Shown: in pieces, positions 1 through 11,398 of the stretch
How the letters are laid out: each line of letters starts with the position of its first letter
Position numbering within the stretch: position 1 is the first letter of the stretch
Source: Eledone cirrhosa
Lineage: Eukaryota
Assembly (NCBI GenBank): GCA_964016885.1
Contig: OZ024766.1
Span: forward strand, 15,624,001 to 15,688,000
Direction of reading: 5' to 3'
Length of the DNA stretch: 64,000 nt
Translations under genes and position numbers: made by a program
Notes under the pieces: generated by a model
What the model saw: the letters and a program-made list of their open reading frames with translations, nothing else
What the model was told of the DNA's origin: nothing
Database searches by the model: none

Positions 1-356
1 TAGATTTAAAATTAATTCAAAAAGTCAAGAATAGATCAGAGAAAGATTTTAATTTCAAATGAAAATATATTTGTAAAAATGGCCAACAATGTTTGGAGTC
101 TATCAAACTGCCAAGTATTCACATTTGATATTGGTGGAAAATAAGTTTAGATTTGTAAGAGGAAGGATGTCTCATGTTTCACAGTTAAAAACTTTCCTTC
201 CTCTCTATGTTTGTGTCTAAATAACTGTTAGAGAAAAAACATTTCCCACATATTTCATTGTGTAAAACGTTTTTCACCAGTGTGTGTTATTTTGTGTTTA
301 TTATATTCACTGTTACTAATGAAAGATTTCCCACATATTTCACAGTGATAGGGTTT

Positions 357-1151
357 CTATCCAGTATGTGTTCTTTTGTGTTTAGTTAAGACATTACTCC
401 TGCCAAAAGATTTCCCACATATTTCACAGTGATAGGGTCTCTCTCCTGTATGTGTTCTTTTGTGTTTATTATAATTACTGTTACTAATAAAAGATTTCCC
501 ACATATTTTACAGTGGAAAGGCTTTTCTCCTGTGTGAGTACGTATGTGGACAATGAGATCAGGAGAATTTGTAAAAGATTTCCCACATATTTCACAGTGA
601 TAGGGTTTCTCTCCAGTATGTGTTCTTTTATGTATAGTTAAATCACTGCTTTTTACAAACACTTTCCCACATATTTCACAATGGAAGTATTTCTCTCCAG
701 TGTGTCTTCTTCTGTGAACTATAAGAACAGCATTATGAGCAAAATATTTCCCACATATTTCACATTGATAGGGTTTCTCTCCAGTGTGTCTTCTTCTGTG
801 AACTATAAGAGCAGTACTATCAGCAAAATATTTCCCACATATATCATAGTGAAAAGGTTTCTCTCCGGTGTGAATACGTATATGCCTAACAAAATTGGAA
901 TTCAGACTGAAAGATTTCCCACATATTTCACAATGATAGGGTTTGTCTTTAGTATGTATGTGTTTGTGTGTAGATAATTCATCTTCTGATGAGAAAGTTT
1001 TCCTACAAATCTCACAGCTATATTCAGGAATATTTCTGTGTAATGATCCTTGTTCAGTACATGTTTCACTAGGTAAAGGTTTCTCACCACTGTATGTCTG
1101 TGTAACTCTATCTATATTGGTAGAAATGTCCAAGGGTTTAACATCTTCCAT
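357..1151 (-). CDS. C2H2 zinc-finger protein, 8 tandem fingers (finger 3 has Cys->Tyr), truncated by a nonsense codon in a TGEKP linker
   Basis: 264-aa ORF with repeated CxxC..H..H and TGEKP linkers. The stop TAG sits where GAG (E of TGEKP) is expected, and one more finger follows in frame to ~255. Confidence 0.85.
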   Translation of the reverse strand: MEDVKPLDISTNIDRVTQTYSGEKPLPSETCTEQGSLHRNIPEYSCEICRKTFSSEDELSTHKHIHTKDKPYHCEICGKSFSLNSNFVRHIRIHTGEKPFHYDICGKYFADSTALIVHRRRHTGEKPYQCEICGKYFAHNAVLIVHRRRHTGEKYFHCEICGKVFVKSSDLTIHKRTHTGEKPYHCEICGKSFTNSPDLIVHIRTHTGEKPFHCKICGKSFISNSNYNKHKRTHTGERPYHCEICGKSFGRSNVLTKHKRTHTG

Positions 1152-1257
1152 TGTAATTCTTAAAGAATTCTCAAAACTCGAGATATTACAATGTACGAGT
1201 AATTTGTGGTAAGAAATGGCCCTCTATGTACTTATATATATATATATATATATATAT

Positions 1258-1730
1258 TTCGTTTCTGAATTTGTTTAGCAAGATTCTTTATCTGAAAACG
1301 TGTGTTGAAACCGATATTGTTATGCTTTGGGAGGGTCATGTTGCCAATAAGAAACACACGCACCAGTTGCTTTCACTTCAATTTATTATAATAAATTTAT
1401 AAATTTAGGAATTTATAAATTTCCGGTTGGTTGGTTCCACAACCAGATGGTTGTTTATATATTGTCAAAGTTCTTTCGTCACACATTCTGTGACCTCTTC
1501 AGTGACTGTGGATTCTTTTCTTTGTTTTTGAGCCTCTCCTTTGTTCTGTCCTACGCCATTTTGTTTCTGTGTGTGTGTTGTGTGCTCAGTTGGCGCATGC
1601 GCCGCATCCGGGTGTCTGTGTGTGTTTATATTCGTTTATTTATTTGTTTATTTACATGTTACAGGTTGGTTGTTTGTTCTATGTGCGTGTGTGTTTTCAT
1701 TTTGTCCTTAATTGTAAGTTGTAATGTCAC
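1258..1730 (-). mobile_element. Probable Penelope-like terminal (pseudo-LTR) remnant inserted at a (TA)n tract
   Basis: Begins after the (TA)n at 1234-1257, is absent from the paralogous position near 22635, and contains a minimal hammerhead motif. Confidence 0.5.
1464..1506 (-). ncRNA. Minimal type I hammerhead ribozyme motif
   Basis: Minus strand: GUCA CUGAAGA G GUCACA-gaaug-UGUGAC GAAA GAAC UU UGAC. Stem I is GUCA/UGAC, stem II is 6 bp, and the core is canonical. Confidence 0.7.
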
Positions 1731-2029
1731 ATGTGAATTATTTCTAAAAGAAAGTCATAATTTCAACTGTCATGAAAGTACCATCAACAAATATTAAAGT
1801 TATAAAATTGTTTTTATTTACACATAAATGTGGATATTTTGTCACAAATATAAATATAAACCAGTTAGTGTTTGTAAAATAAACACATATAAACACATCA
1901 ATCTTGTTTTGTTTTTCTTGCACTGATGTAGTCATAGGGGTGTCACTGTGGACAATTGAAGCTTGGTGGAACCCTTCACTCTCCAGGTTGGAACTGTTGA
2001 TTTCTTCCAGAGAAGGAGAGAGAGGAAGT

Positions 2030-2362
2030 GAGAAAGAAATATAGAGAGGAAGAACAGACCCCTGTGGTAGACTGGTACTTTTTTGTTATCAACCTTGAAT
2101 GGATGAAAGGCAAAGTTGACCTCAGCAGGATTTAAACCAGAACAAATATGGCAGAAAGCATTCCATCCATTGTTTTATAGACTTTAAATAAATGTTTCTA
2201 CTTTTAAATCAACCCAAGCAATTGGAAGAGAAAGAGGAATGCAAATTAAATCGACCCCAGTGCATTACTGGTACTTTTTTAAACCCAGAACATAAAGGGC
2301 TGTAACTATATGACACAAAGAATGTTGTCTGACGCTCTACAGATTCTGCCAATCCACCACCC
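2030..2362 (-). mobile_element. Degraded tRNA-derived SINE remnants
   Basis: Family core ggatgaaaggcaaagttgacctc and 5' end ctctacagattctgccaatccacc. Confidence 0.65.
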
Positions 2363-2769
2363 TCACCAATAAAATAAGATTGTGTCTCTATAAGAAACCT
2401 TAATGACAAATATGAAGTAGAACTTTCTACAGGGTGTTTTTGTGGATTACAATACAAAACCTGAGAATAATTTCCAACATATTTCACCATAATAAATGTT
2501 CATTAATATATATTATTTCGTGGGATTCTTGAGATCATTAATCCCCAGCTGAACATCCCTAGACATCTGATCTATGTAGGTCATTTTCAGTCATCCCACT
2601 GGGGTCTTACTATGTTTAGGTATCCACCACAGGAGCCAGCTTATCAGGTCATCCCTTCTTCAGTAGGAATGTCTGGCATATCTTGTCCTTCGCTCCCTAG
2701 TTATTGTAGTAATCTTCAATATATGGCAGTATACTTCTTCCATTTGATAGAGTATATATATATATATAT

Positions 2770-3276
2770 AGAGATGCGTATGAAGGATGACAGCTGCATT
2801 AAAAGGTGCAGAGCACTAAAAGACGCTGGAAGCCATGGAGTGGGGAGATCAAAGAAGACCCGGGATGAGCTGATAAAAGCTGACCTTGCCCAATTGCACC
2901 TCTCAAAAGTGATGACGCAGGACGGTGCCCTCTGGCATCATGCAGTAATACAGAAGACCCGACTTCACACGGCTACAAGCCGAAGCTGAAGCATATAGAC
3001 AAATATGTCCCCATCCCTACCCACTGTAAAGTGGTTGACAAAATATCACCCAGCCCACATTGTAAAGTGGCTGTGTAGACACCATTGTAAAAAAAGCACC
3101 TAGCCCTCACAGTAAATGAGGTTTTGTGTTAGGAAGGACATCAAGCTGTAGAAATCAAACCAAAATCAGTTCCCATATGAGCAAGACAAGGTCACCCGAC
3201 CTGGCATTGCCCACAACAGTACAACCCGTCTACATTATGCTAGCATGGAAGAATGGAGGTAAAACGGTGATGATGA
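2770..3276 (+). mobile_element. 5'-truncated RTE LINE 3' end
   Basis: Translates MRMKDDSCIKRCR...GRSKKTRDELIKADL, similar to the C-terminus of 38742-39788. It has the shared 3' UTR (gttaggaaggacatc) and a short (GAT)n tail, and is absent from block B. Confidence 0.85.
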
Positions 3277-3373
3277 GAAGTATAAGATAAGGATTTTTCA
3301 AGCTTCACATTGTATATTCTTCCTTCCAGAGTGTGTCTGTATATTTGTGTTTCACATTTCACAGTGATGGGGT

Positions 3374-4639
3374 TTATTGCAAGTGTTGACTACGTTGGTG
3401 AACAACCAGTGACGAATTCTGAGAGAAAGATTTCCCACATATTTCACATGAATAAGGTTTTTCACCAGTATGTATTCTTTTGTGTTTTACAAGATGAGAA
3501 CTATTATAAAAAGATTTCCCACATATTTCACAATGGAAGGGTTTTTCCCCAGTATGTATCCTTTTGTGAAGTTCAAGATGAGAACTACGAGAAAAAGATT
3601 TCCCACATATTTCACAATGGAAGGGTTTTTCCCCAGTATGTATCCTTTTGTGAAGTTCAAGATGAGAACTACGAGAAAAAGATTTCCCACATATTTCACA
3701 ATGGAAGGGTTTTTCTCCAGTGTGTATTCTTTTGTGACGTACAAGACTAGAACCTTGAGAAAAAGATTTCCCACATATTTCACATGAATAAGGTTTTTCT
3801 CCTGTGTGTGTTGTTTTGTGATCTACAAGATTAGAACCTTGAGAAAAAGATTTCCCACATATTTCACATGAATAAGGTTTTTCTCCTGTGTGTGTTGTTT
3901 TGTGATCTACAAGACTAGAACCTTGAGAAAAAGATTTCCCACATATTTCACATGAATAAGGTTTGTCTCCTGTGTGTACTCTTTTGTGAACTACAAGATT
4001 AGAATTACAAGAAAAAGATTTCCCACATATTTCACATGAATAAGGTTTTTCTCCTGTGTGTATTCTTTTGTGATCGACAAGATTAGAATTACAAGAAAAA
4101 GATTTCCCACATATTTCACATGAATAAGGTTTCTCTCCTGTGTGTATTCTTTTGTGTTTTACAAGATGAGGACCACAAGAAAAAGATTTCCCACATATTT
4201 CACATGAATAAGGTTTCTCTCCTGTGTGTATTCTTTTGTGAACTACAAGATGAGGACCACGAGAAAAAGATTTCCCACATATTTCACAATGGAAGGGTTT
4301 CTCTCCTGTGTGTATTCTTTTGTGATCGCCAAGATGGACCTTCTGAGAAAAAGATTTCCCACATATTTCACATGAATAAGGTTTTTCTCCTGTGTGTGTT
4401 GTTTTGTGAACTACAAGACTAGAATTACAAGACAAGGATTTCCCACATATTTCACATGCAAAAGGTGTTTCTCCAGTGTGTGTTCTTATATGCTTTTTTA
4501 AATTTCCCTTCAAGACAAAATATTTCCCACATATTTCACAATGGAAGGGTTTTTCTCCTGTGTGTATTTTCTCGTGTGAGGATAGTTTCAGTTTTGAAGG
4601 GAAAGTTTTCCTACAAATCTCACAGCTATATTCAGACAT
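3374..4639 (-). CDS. C2H2 zinc-finger protein, 15 tandem fingers, no KRAB/SCAN/BTB domain visible
   Basis: Intact 421-aa ORF made of 84-bp units with HTGEKP linkers. Confidence 0.92.
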   Translation of the reverse strand: MSEYSCEICRKTFPSKLKLSSHEKIHTGEKPFHCEICGKYFVLKGNLKKHIRTHTGETPFACEICGKSLSCNSSLVVHKTTHTGEKPYSCEICGKSFSQKVHLGDHKRIHTGEKPFHCEICGKSFSRGPHLVVHKRIHTGEKPYSCEICGKSFSCGPHLVKHKRIHTGEKPYSCEICGKSFSCNSNLVDHKRIHTGEKPYSCEICGKSFSCNSNLVVHKRVHTGDKPYSCEICGKSFSQGSSLVDHKTTHTGEKPYSCEICGKSFSQGSNLVDHKTTHTGEKPYSCEICGKSFSQGSSLVRHKRIHTGEKPFHCEICGKSFSRSSHLELHKRIHTGEKPFHCEICGKSFSRSSHLELHKRIHTGEKPFHCEICGKSFYNSSHLVKHKRIHTGEKPYSCEICGKSFSQNSSLVVHQRSQHLQ

Positions 4640-5317
4640 ATTTCTAGCTAGTGATCTTTACATAAAGGATTCTCACTACTTTTACTGATACATTAAGAAA
4701 TGTAGGTATCGTTAATAGATGCCATGTATTCTAATATACAAAGGGTCCATAAAAGACTGCAGAAGTCCACTTTCTTCTTCTACAAAGTTGTAATGTAGCA
4801 TTTAGTTGGTACATGTAATAAGACATATGTCAGTGTAAGACTGATCTTGGATGAAGGAAAGGCAAGTGCTTATATGTATGTGTGTGTGTGTGTGTGATTA
4901 TTGTGGAATATATCACTATTATTATTGTTAAGGTGAGAGAAGCTCTATTCACAATAAAATCCTCAGCTCATAAAACAGACGAATAAGACTTCTATAGTTA
5001 AGGTTCTTGTTATTGAGGACAGTTCAGGTGACAAGAGAATTAATATCCATAATTTCAAAAGAAGGTTAATATATATACAGACATACAGTGTGTAGGTATG
5101 AGAGAGAGAAATAGACGTGTGTGTGTGTAGAAATATGTGTGTAGGTGTTGTAATAAATCAAGATATTTCACTTCAGATAGAAAAGTCCACAATGTTTGTG
5201 TTGTGGTGGAAAACGAAATAATACGTACTTTAGTTCTCAAGACCAAATATAAAGTCAAGAAAAGTTAGTAAAAACTAAATGTTCACTGATTTCTGATTAA
5301 AATAATGTTTCCCTGTC

Positions 5318-5335
5318 CTGTAAAATGTTGAACAA
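5318..5335 (-). other. Candidate 3' splice acceptor upstream of the ZNF coding exon
   Basis: Minus-strand attttacag|gacag is conserved upstream of three ZNF copies (~5318, ~16524, ~22838). Confidence 0.35.
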
Positions 5336-5595
5336 CCACTTCAATATTTAATAATACAGGTGATAAAACAACAACTATAAGGTAAATAAGTCACCTTATG
5401 TTATTTACAAACATTAACGTCCACCTTAATATGAAATAATCACCATGAAAGATAAAATTAGATGAGGTTTAGGTTGTAACAATGGAGCTGATATAAATGG
5501 TAATATTTCACCGTCTAGTTAACACCGGTGTTATGACTTAAAAGTCCCCTACATAATTTAAGACATTCAGAAACAACTTCCGTTATATGAACTAG

Positions 5596-5775
5596 CAGAA
5601 AACCACCCGAAGGTAGCATGTGTAGTATGTATATTGATATTATACGCAGGTATATATGATACATGTATATATATGCCTGCGTATAATATCAATATACACA
5701 CTACACATGCTACCTTCGGGTGGTTTTCTGATAGCATGTGTAGTGTGTATATTGATATTATACGCAAGTATATAT
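5596..5775. repeat. Long hairpin (~62-bp arms, 5596-5730) plus a third partial direct copy
   Basis: cagaaaaccacccgaaggtagcatgtgtag... is the reverse complement of ...ctacacatgctaccttcgggtggttttctg. tagcatgtgtagtgtgtatattgatattatacgca then recurs at 5732. Confidence 0.9.
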
Positions 5776-5827
5776 ATACAGGTAGATATGATACATCAAA
5801 TAAAATCGTAATTTACAATATACAATT

Positions 5828-6006
5828 GTTTCTACGTTAGGCACAAGGCCAGTAAATAGACAGTGTATTACTGGTACTTTATTTTATCGACCCCGTAAGG
5901 ATGAAAGGCAAAGTTAACCTCGGCGGGATTTGAACTCAGAATGGCAAGGGCCGTAACTCTATGCGTCAAAGCATAGCGTCCGACCAATACTGCCAATCCA
6001 CCGCCT
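5828..6006 (-). mobile_element. tRNA-derived SINE
   Basis: Reverse complement of the 6295-6483 copy, with B-box-like gagttcaaatccc and core gcctttcatcc...gataaaataaagtaccag. Confidence 0.85.
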
Positions 6007-6294
6007 TGACAATTTATAATACACAGAAATTGAACGAAGACTGTGTTACACTGTCTTATGTAATCAGTAACGTAATCCATGATACATTAAAAAAGACGAT
6101 ATTATATATAAACTGCATTAGGAGAAAATTAGTGACAGAAAATTAATAGTTTATTGAAGCGATGGCCAACCGGAAGTGTTGACATTTCAGAAATTTTAAA
6201 GAAGTGAATCTTTAAATAAACAAAATATATTTAATCAACAGCCACGAAATTTAGTAGATAAATTATGTAATATTCATTCATTATTTATTCAAAG

Positions 6295-6483
6295 CATGGC
6301 GGTGAATTGGCAGTATCGGTAGAGGGTCGGACGCCATGCTTTGACGCATAGAGTTACGGCCCTTGCCATTCTGAGTTCAAATCCCGCCGAGGTTAACTTT
6401 GCCTTTCATCCTTACGGGATCGATAAAATAAAGTACCAGTAATACACTGGGAAATTGCTGGCCTTGTGCCAAAAGTAGAAACA
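6295..6483 (+). mobile_element. tRNA-derived SINE (Meta/MESC-like core) with 15-bp TSD
   Basis: A-box-like tggcagtatcgg, B-box-like gagttcaaatccc, and TSD attatttattcaaag at 6280-6294 and 6484-6498. The superfamily label is from recall only. Confidence 0.88.
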
Positions 6484-6737
6484 ATTATTTATTCAAAGTA
6501 ATCCAACTTATTTTATTAATGGGATAACAAATTATAAACCGTACACAATCCCGCGCACCTTCTTTTATTATAGTTTAGATTCATACGTTCAATAGATATG
6601 CTAGTACTTTATTCAGATTTGAATAAATAACGTTATTAATTTTATATAACTGTTCATATTAAACCAAAACACATTATTAAAGGTAATAAAATATTTAAGT
6701 AATGGAAAAAATAAAACGAATCAAACAACGAAAATAA

Positions 6738-6918
6738 TTGTTTCTACTTTTGGCACAAGGCCAGCAATTATCCCAGTGTATTACTGGTACTTTATTTTAT
6801 CGACCTCGTAAGGAGGAAAAGCAAAGTTAACTTTGGCGGGATTTGAACTCAGATCATAAAGGGAGGTAACTCTATGCTACAAAGCATGGCGTCCGACGCT
6901 CTACCGATACTGCCAATC
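6738..6918 (-). mobile_element. tRNA-derived SINE with 12-bp TSD
   Basis: Same family; TSD caacgaaaataa at 6726-6737 and 6919-6930. Confidence 0.85.
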
Positions 6919-8752
6919 CAACGAAAATAACGGGAGAGGGACAGACTTTATATTTCAGTCTGAGCTGTGATCCTGCCCCACCCTACAGACAAAATGGCAA
7001 AGGTGTTACCACAGAGAATAGCCAGAGTCACCCACTACAAGATCCACCCCACCTCATGGGACTACTTCCTCAAGGGGGCTAATGTCTTTCTAATTTTGAG
7101 AAGGAAATCAGCAGTGTGGGGACAAAGAGGAGGTGGTGAGTCAGGCCCCGGTATTTAACAATCTTCTTCTCTCTATTGCAGGTAGTAAGCCTGGGTTTGT
7201 GGCCGCAGTGAAAATGTTGGAGGCAGAGAATGATCCAACCCATGCTAAACCTCCAACTAATTCTGTTACTTGTCTTTTTCAGCTGTGGAGATTAGGGACA
7301 TGTGGAATGATGTGTCTTGCTTAAGGACACAATGTACCTCCCTAACTGACAATTGAAAACATGATATTACCATATGTTGTATGACTTCACTATACAATAT
7401 ATATGTGTTTGTATACATATATATAGTATATATTTGTGTATACATTGTCTCATTCCATGAGAGTAACTTGGTCAGCTTATGAACTCCTCATCTGACCCTT
7501 CTATATGTATATACATGTTTGTCAGTGTGTGTGTACATATGTATATAGAATATTGTCACAACTACTATATACACCACATATACACTATATATAATATTGT
7601 CCAATATATATAGACTATATGTCATGTTGTCCAAGGGAAAGGCTGATATAGATCAGCACCTTGAAGCAAGATTGATCGGGTGACCGTGTCACACTCGTAT
7701 AGGACTGTATCTGGCAGGTTTTCTACGGCTGGATGCCCTTCCTAACACCAACCACATTTCCAGTGTGGACTGGGAGTCTTTTTGTGATGACACCTACACG
7801 ACCTCTTTAGTTTGGACTGGATGTTGTGGTACCAACATAACTTTACAGAGACAGGGTGGTGTTGGTGGGAGTGGGAGCATGGAGTAGGGGTTGTGGGTTG
7901 GGTGTATATTTGGTTAGGAGGGGCCTACTAACTGTAGGTTAACTTTGCACGTAGGGAAGGCAGGTCTTCTCTGTTACTGTGTGGCACCATAGATCTCGAT
8001 CCAGTGACATTGTCTAAGAGAGGTGTAAGTGTGCAAGGTTGGATTTTATGTCATCCCAGGTTTTTCTGGGTCTACCTACTCCATAACTTCCATCAATTTT
8101 AATCAGCCTGCAGATTTTTTTATAAAGCTGTCGTCTTTCATGTGCATCACATGACCATACCAACGTAATCTTCTCTCAAGTAAACAGCATCTGATCCCTG
8201 TTATTCCTAATTCTCACTTAGTTCCTTTATGTCTTGCCGTTCATGTATATTACAATTACACGTCCAACGGAGCATGCATGCTTCATTCCTTTCCAATCTG
8301 TGCAGGTCCTCTGCACACAATGCCCATGTCTCACTGCCATGTAGCATTGCTGTTCGTATGCATGCATCATACAACCTGCCTTTCATTTTTAGAGAGAAAC
8401 TTTTTGTGTCTAGCAGCGGTATTAGCTCTCTGAGCTTTTTCCATCCCGTTCTGACTCTAGCTACTACACTTTCAGAGCACCCTCCACCACTGCTGATATT
8501 GTCACCCAGGCAACGGAAACTGTCCATTATTTCTATAGAACCATCTGGGCAGTAGAAGGTGCTAGTATCCTGTGGGTACTTGCTGCTTATTTCTCATGAG
8601 CATCAGCCACATATAAAATCTACATTCTTAGATAGCTTACCTGTGATCTCACTACATCTTTTATGTACCCATAGAATTGAATTTCTACCTACTCATTTCC
8701 TACACTCTGAGCATGGCACCAGTGCCCTATTTTCTTTTCTACATACTAGACC

Positions 8753-9290
8753 TGTAGTGACCTACATTCCGCGGGCTCACATACATTCTCTGTGTGTGAT
8801 TTGGCTCAGTTCAGCCAATCAGCGCCAGTAGAAGAGGATGTATCCCTACGCGCCCTGGCAAAGAAATTCCCCTCGAAGATTTGAAGAATCTTCCTCTTGT
8901 ACCGGAAACTTCAAGCCAGCAACACGCATAATGTAATGGTGAGATCTTGCATGCTAGCCTCGCCGGCTTAACGGCGCAATGGCACATTCCCTTTTGTAAC
9001 CTCTTTTTATCTGTAACTTCAACCATATAAGTTAACAAACATTGTTTGTGCTACATCAAAAATAAACATACATTTCATCTCTAATTACTGCTGTTGAAAT
9101 CATTATTATGTTACTCGTGTCTCAATAACATCTATAATCCATGCTGCTGGAATTGGCGACCTGACGAAAGGAATATTGTAAATAGATCGAGGGACCTTCC
9201 CGCACATCTATGTCAATAAGATAATCCAACGAGGATACTATCACTTACCACACTGGCAACTAACGACCATCAATCATCAATCCTGTTAAA
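8753..9290 (+). repeat. 5' LTR (538 bp)
   Basis: Starts TGTAGTGA, has AATAAA at 9061, ends ctgttaaa, and is near-identical to 10863-11398. Confidence 0.9.
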
Positions 9291-10862
9291 GTGGTGACCA
9301 ACGTAAGAATTTAACGCAGCCCTTCTTTTTCATTCAGTTGAACTTTTATTGCCACGTTGCCAACCTTTTTCGCAACTTGCGAAAATACAACATATTCCTT
9401 TCAAAATTTTTTGAAAATTGGCAGTATTTCAAAAACTTTTTCGCCACGAAAATTTTTCAAGATGGCTACCGACAAGTCTTAACTACAGTCGACAACAACA
9501 ACGACAGCAGCAGCGACAGCGTTGTTTAACCACTGACCAATACAAGGAACAGTGAGTGGCAGCTTCATAGCCTTACCGACGCAAACCACCACACATCGGA
9601 AATTTCAAAACGGCTTGAAACTTTACCGACGCAACCACCATACCTTCTGTCTCGTTACCACAGGGACTCGAGAAATTGAGACAGTAGTTTTCTGACCATT
9701 ATGGCGTCAGACGTGGCTGCCATGTTTGGTGACTGCTACTCTACAGAAGATTCTTTGACTTTGCTTTAACAATAAGCAACACAACCTTATGCCACACAAG
9801 ATGGCCACGAAAACTCACAAAAACACCATACATCTAACCCCTAACGGCATTAACAAACTTCTTTTTCAGTTTTCAGATAGAACTAGTGTCTGTACACTGG
9901 TGATGTGTGAACTATTTGACTTTGAAAAACTTTGAACTTATTGAGCAATTTCTCTGCTCCCTTAGATTGACTTTGAATTATCAGTTTGTTACATTCACAT
10001 ATCATTTACTTGTTTTGTGCTCTTTTGCTATTTGCTTGCTAATGGTTTTTGTTCATTCACATTCTTTGTTGTTTTACATGCCTGCATATGCACACATTTT
10101 TTTATCACACACCAACATGTTGTTCTTGGTATATGTTCTTCAAACGTAATATTCTGCGAGTCCCTTTTCACCTGGTTGAGGTGCTGTCACATGCTAGCAG
10201 CTCACAGAGCTTAATCCACTGGATTCAAACAGGCACCGCAACACGAGAATATTAATTGCAGCTGAACTCAAACAGCTTCGCACCTCGTTGCACACTGATC
10301 GTCCATGACGGCCATCCGTCTTGTTGTTTTTGCCCGACTCGCTGGGAAAGCAACAAATTGAACTGGACTTGTCAGCATTTCGGCCACTTCTGTGGATTCG
10401 CCCGAATTATGGAATTTACACTGCAACCCACCTACAGATTAAACTTGCCTTTTTTTCTTTACACAGCAACCAGCCATTTTTTCCTGGCTCCACAGCACTT
10501 TCGGCAATATATCTGGGAGGCCAACATTTTCTCGCCTACCCATCATCTTCTTGCCAGCACTGGTGAACTACCATAATAGCTTCGTCCACAGCTACTGGTG
10601 CAGCACTTGCCATTGACATTTAATGCAAGAACAGCAACTTCGCCCATGTCAGACTTTATCCGTTTTTGTTAGACCTTTGGCGGTCACATATAAACAACAA
10701 AACAACTGGTCGTTTGACACAGCGGCTCAACACGGCCCGTAGCGCCTCATTTTTTCTTGCATGCAACCTTCTGCTCAATTGTTTTGTCACTGATGTGCTC
10801 TTTCAGCATTTGTTCTTGCTGATTTAATAATCTGTATCGACTACCGTCTAGAAAGGGGGTAT

Positions 10863-11398
10863 TGTAGTGACCTACATTCCGCGGGCTCACATACATTCTC
10901 TGTGCGTGATTTGGCTCAGTTCAGCCAATCAGCGCCAGTAGAAGAGGATGTATCCCTACGCGCCCTGGCAAAGAAATTCCCCGCGAAGATTTGAAGAATC
11001 TTCCTCTTGTACCGGAAACTTCAAGCCAGCAACACGCATAATGTAATGGTGAGATCTTGCACCCTAGCCTCGCCGGCTTAACGACGCAATGGCACATTCC
11101 CTTTTGTAACCTCTTTTTATCTGTAACTTCAACCATATAAGTTAACAAACATTGTTTGTGCTACATCAAAAATAAACATACATTTCATCTCTAATTACTG
11201 CTGTTGAAATCATTATGTTACTCGTGTCTCAATAACATCTATAATCCATGCTGCTGGAATTGGCGACCTGACGAAAGGAATATTGTAAATAGATCGCGGG
11301 CCCTTCCCTCACGTCTATGTCAACAAGATAATCCAACGAGGATACTATCACTTACCACACTGGCAACTAACGACCCTTCAATCATCAACCCTGCTAAA
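10863..11398 (+). repeat. 3' LTR (536 bp)
   Basis: Follows the PPT, starts TGTAGTGA, and ends ctgctaaa before the TSD. Confidence 0.9.

Larger units (their letters stand above)
1730..5330. repeat. Segmental duplication block A (paralogous to ~13860-16530)
   Basis: Long colinear matches, e.g. aacaaatattaaagttataaaattgtttttatttacacataaatg at ~1787 and ~13922, the shared ZNF start, and cctgtcctgtaaaat at ~5312 and ~16518. Confidence 0.9.
8753..11398 (+). mobile_element. Non-autonomous LTR retrotransposon (Gypsy-like signals)
   Basis: Direct LTRs at 8753-9290 and 10863-11398. PBS-like TGGTGACC at 9292, polypurine tract agaaaggggg at ~10850, and TSD GACC at 8749-8752 and 11399-11402. No long internal ORF. 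Confidence 0.9.

Noticed and set aside
386-4688. Repetitive alternative-frame and antisense ORFs over the ZNF genes
   Set aside because: They are shadows of the 84-bp finger repeat.
6295-6390. tRNA gene
   Set aside because: The A/B-box-like motifs belong to a multi-copy SINE head with TSDs, and no cloverleaf is evident.
9161-9200. CTGACGA in the LTR as a hammerhead core
   Set aside because: No stem II followed by GAAA, and no stem III/UH downstream.
10256-10576. Integrase zinc-binding remnant in the LTR element interior
   Set aside because: Only a vague H..H pattern with no CxxC or DDE motif; not supportable without a profile search.
8811-11148. Duplicated 75-aa ORFs (8811-9038, 10921-11148)
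   Set aside because: They are antisense ORFs inside the two LTRs with non-ATG starts; the similarity is explained by LTR identity.
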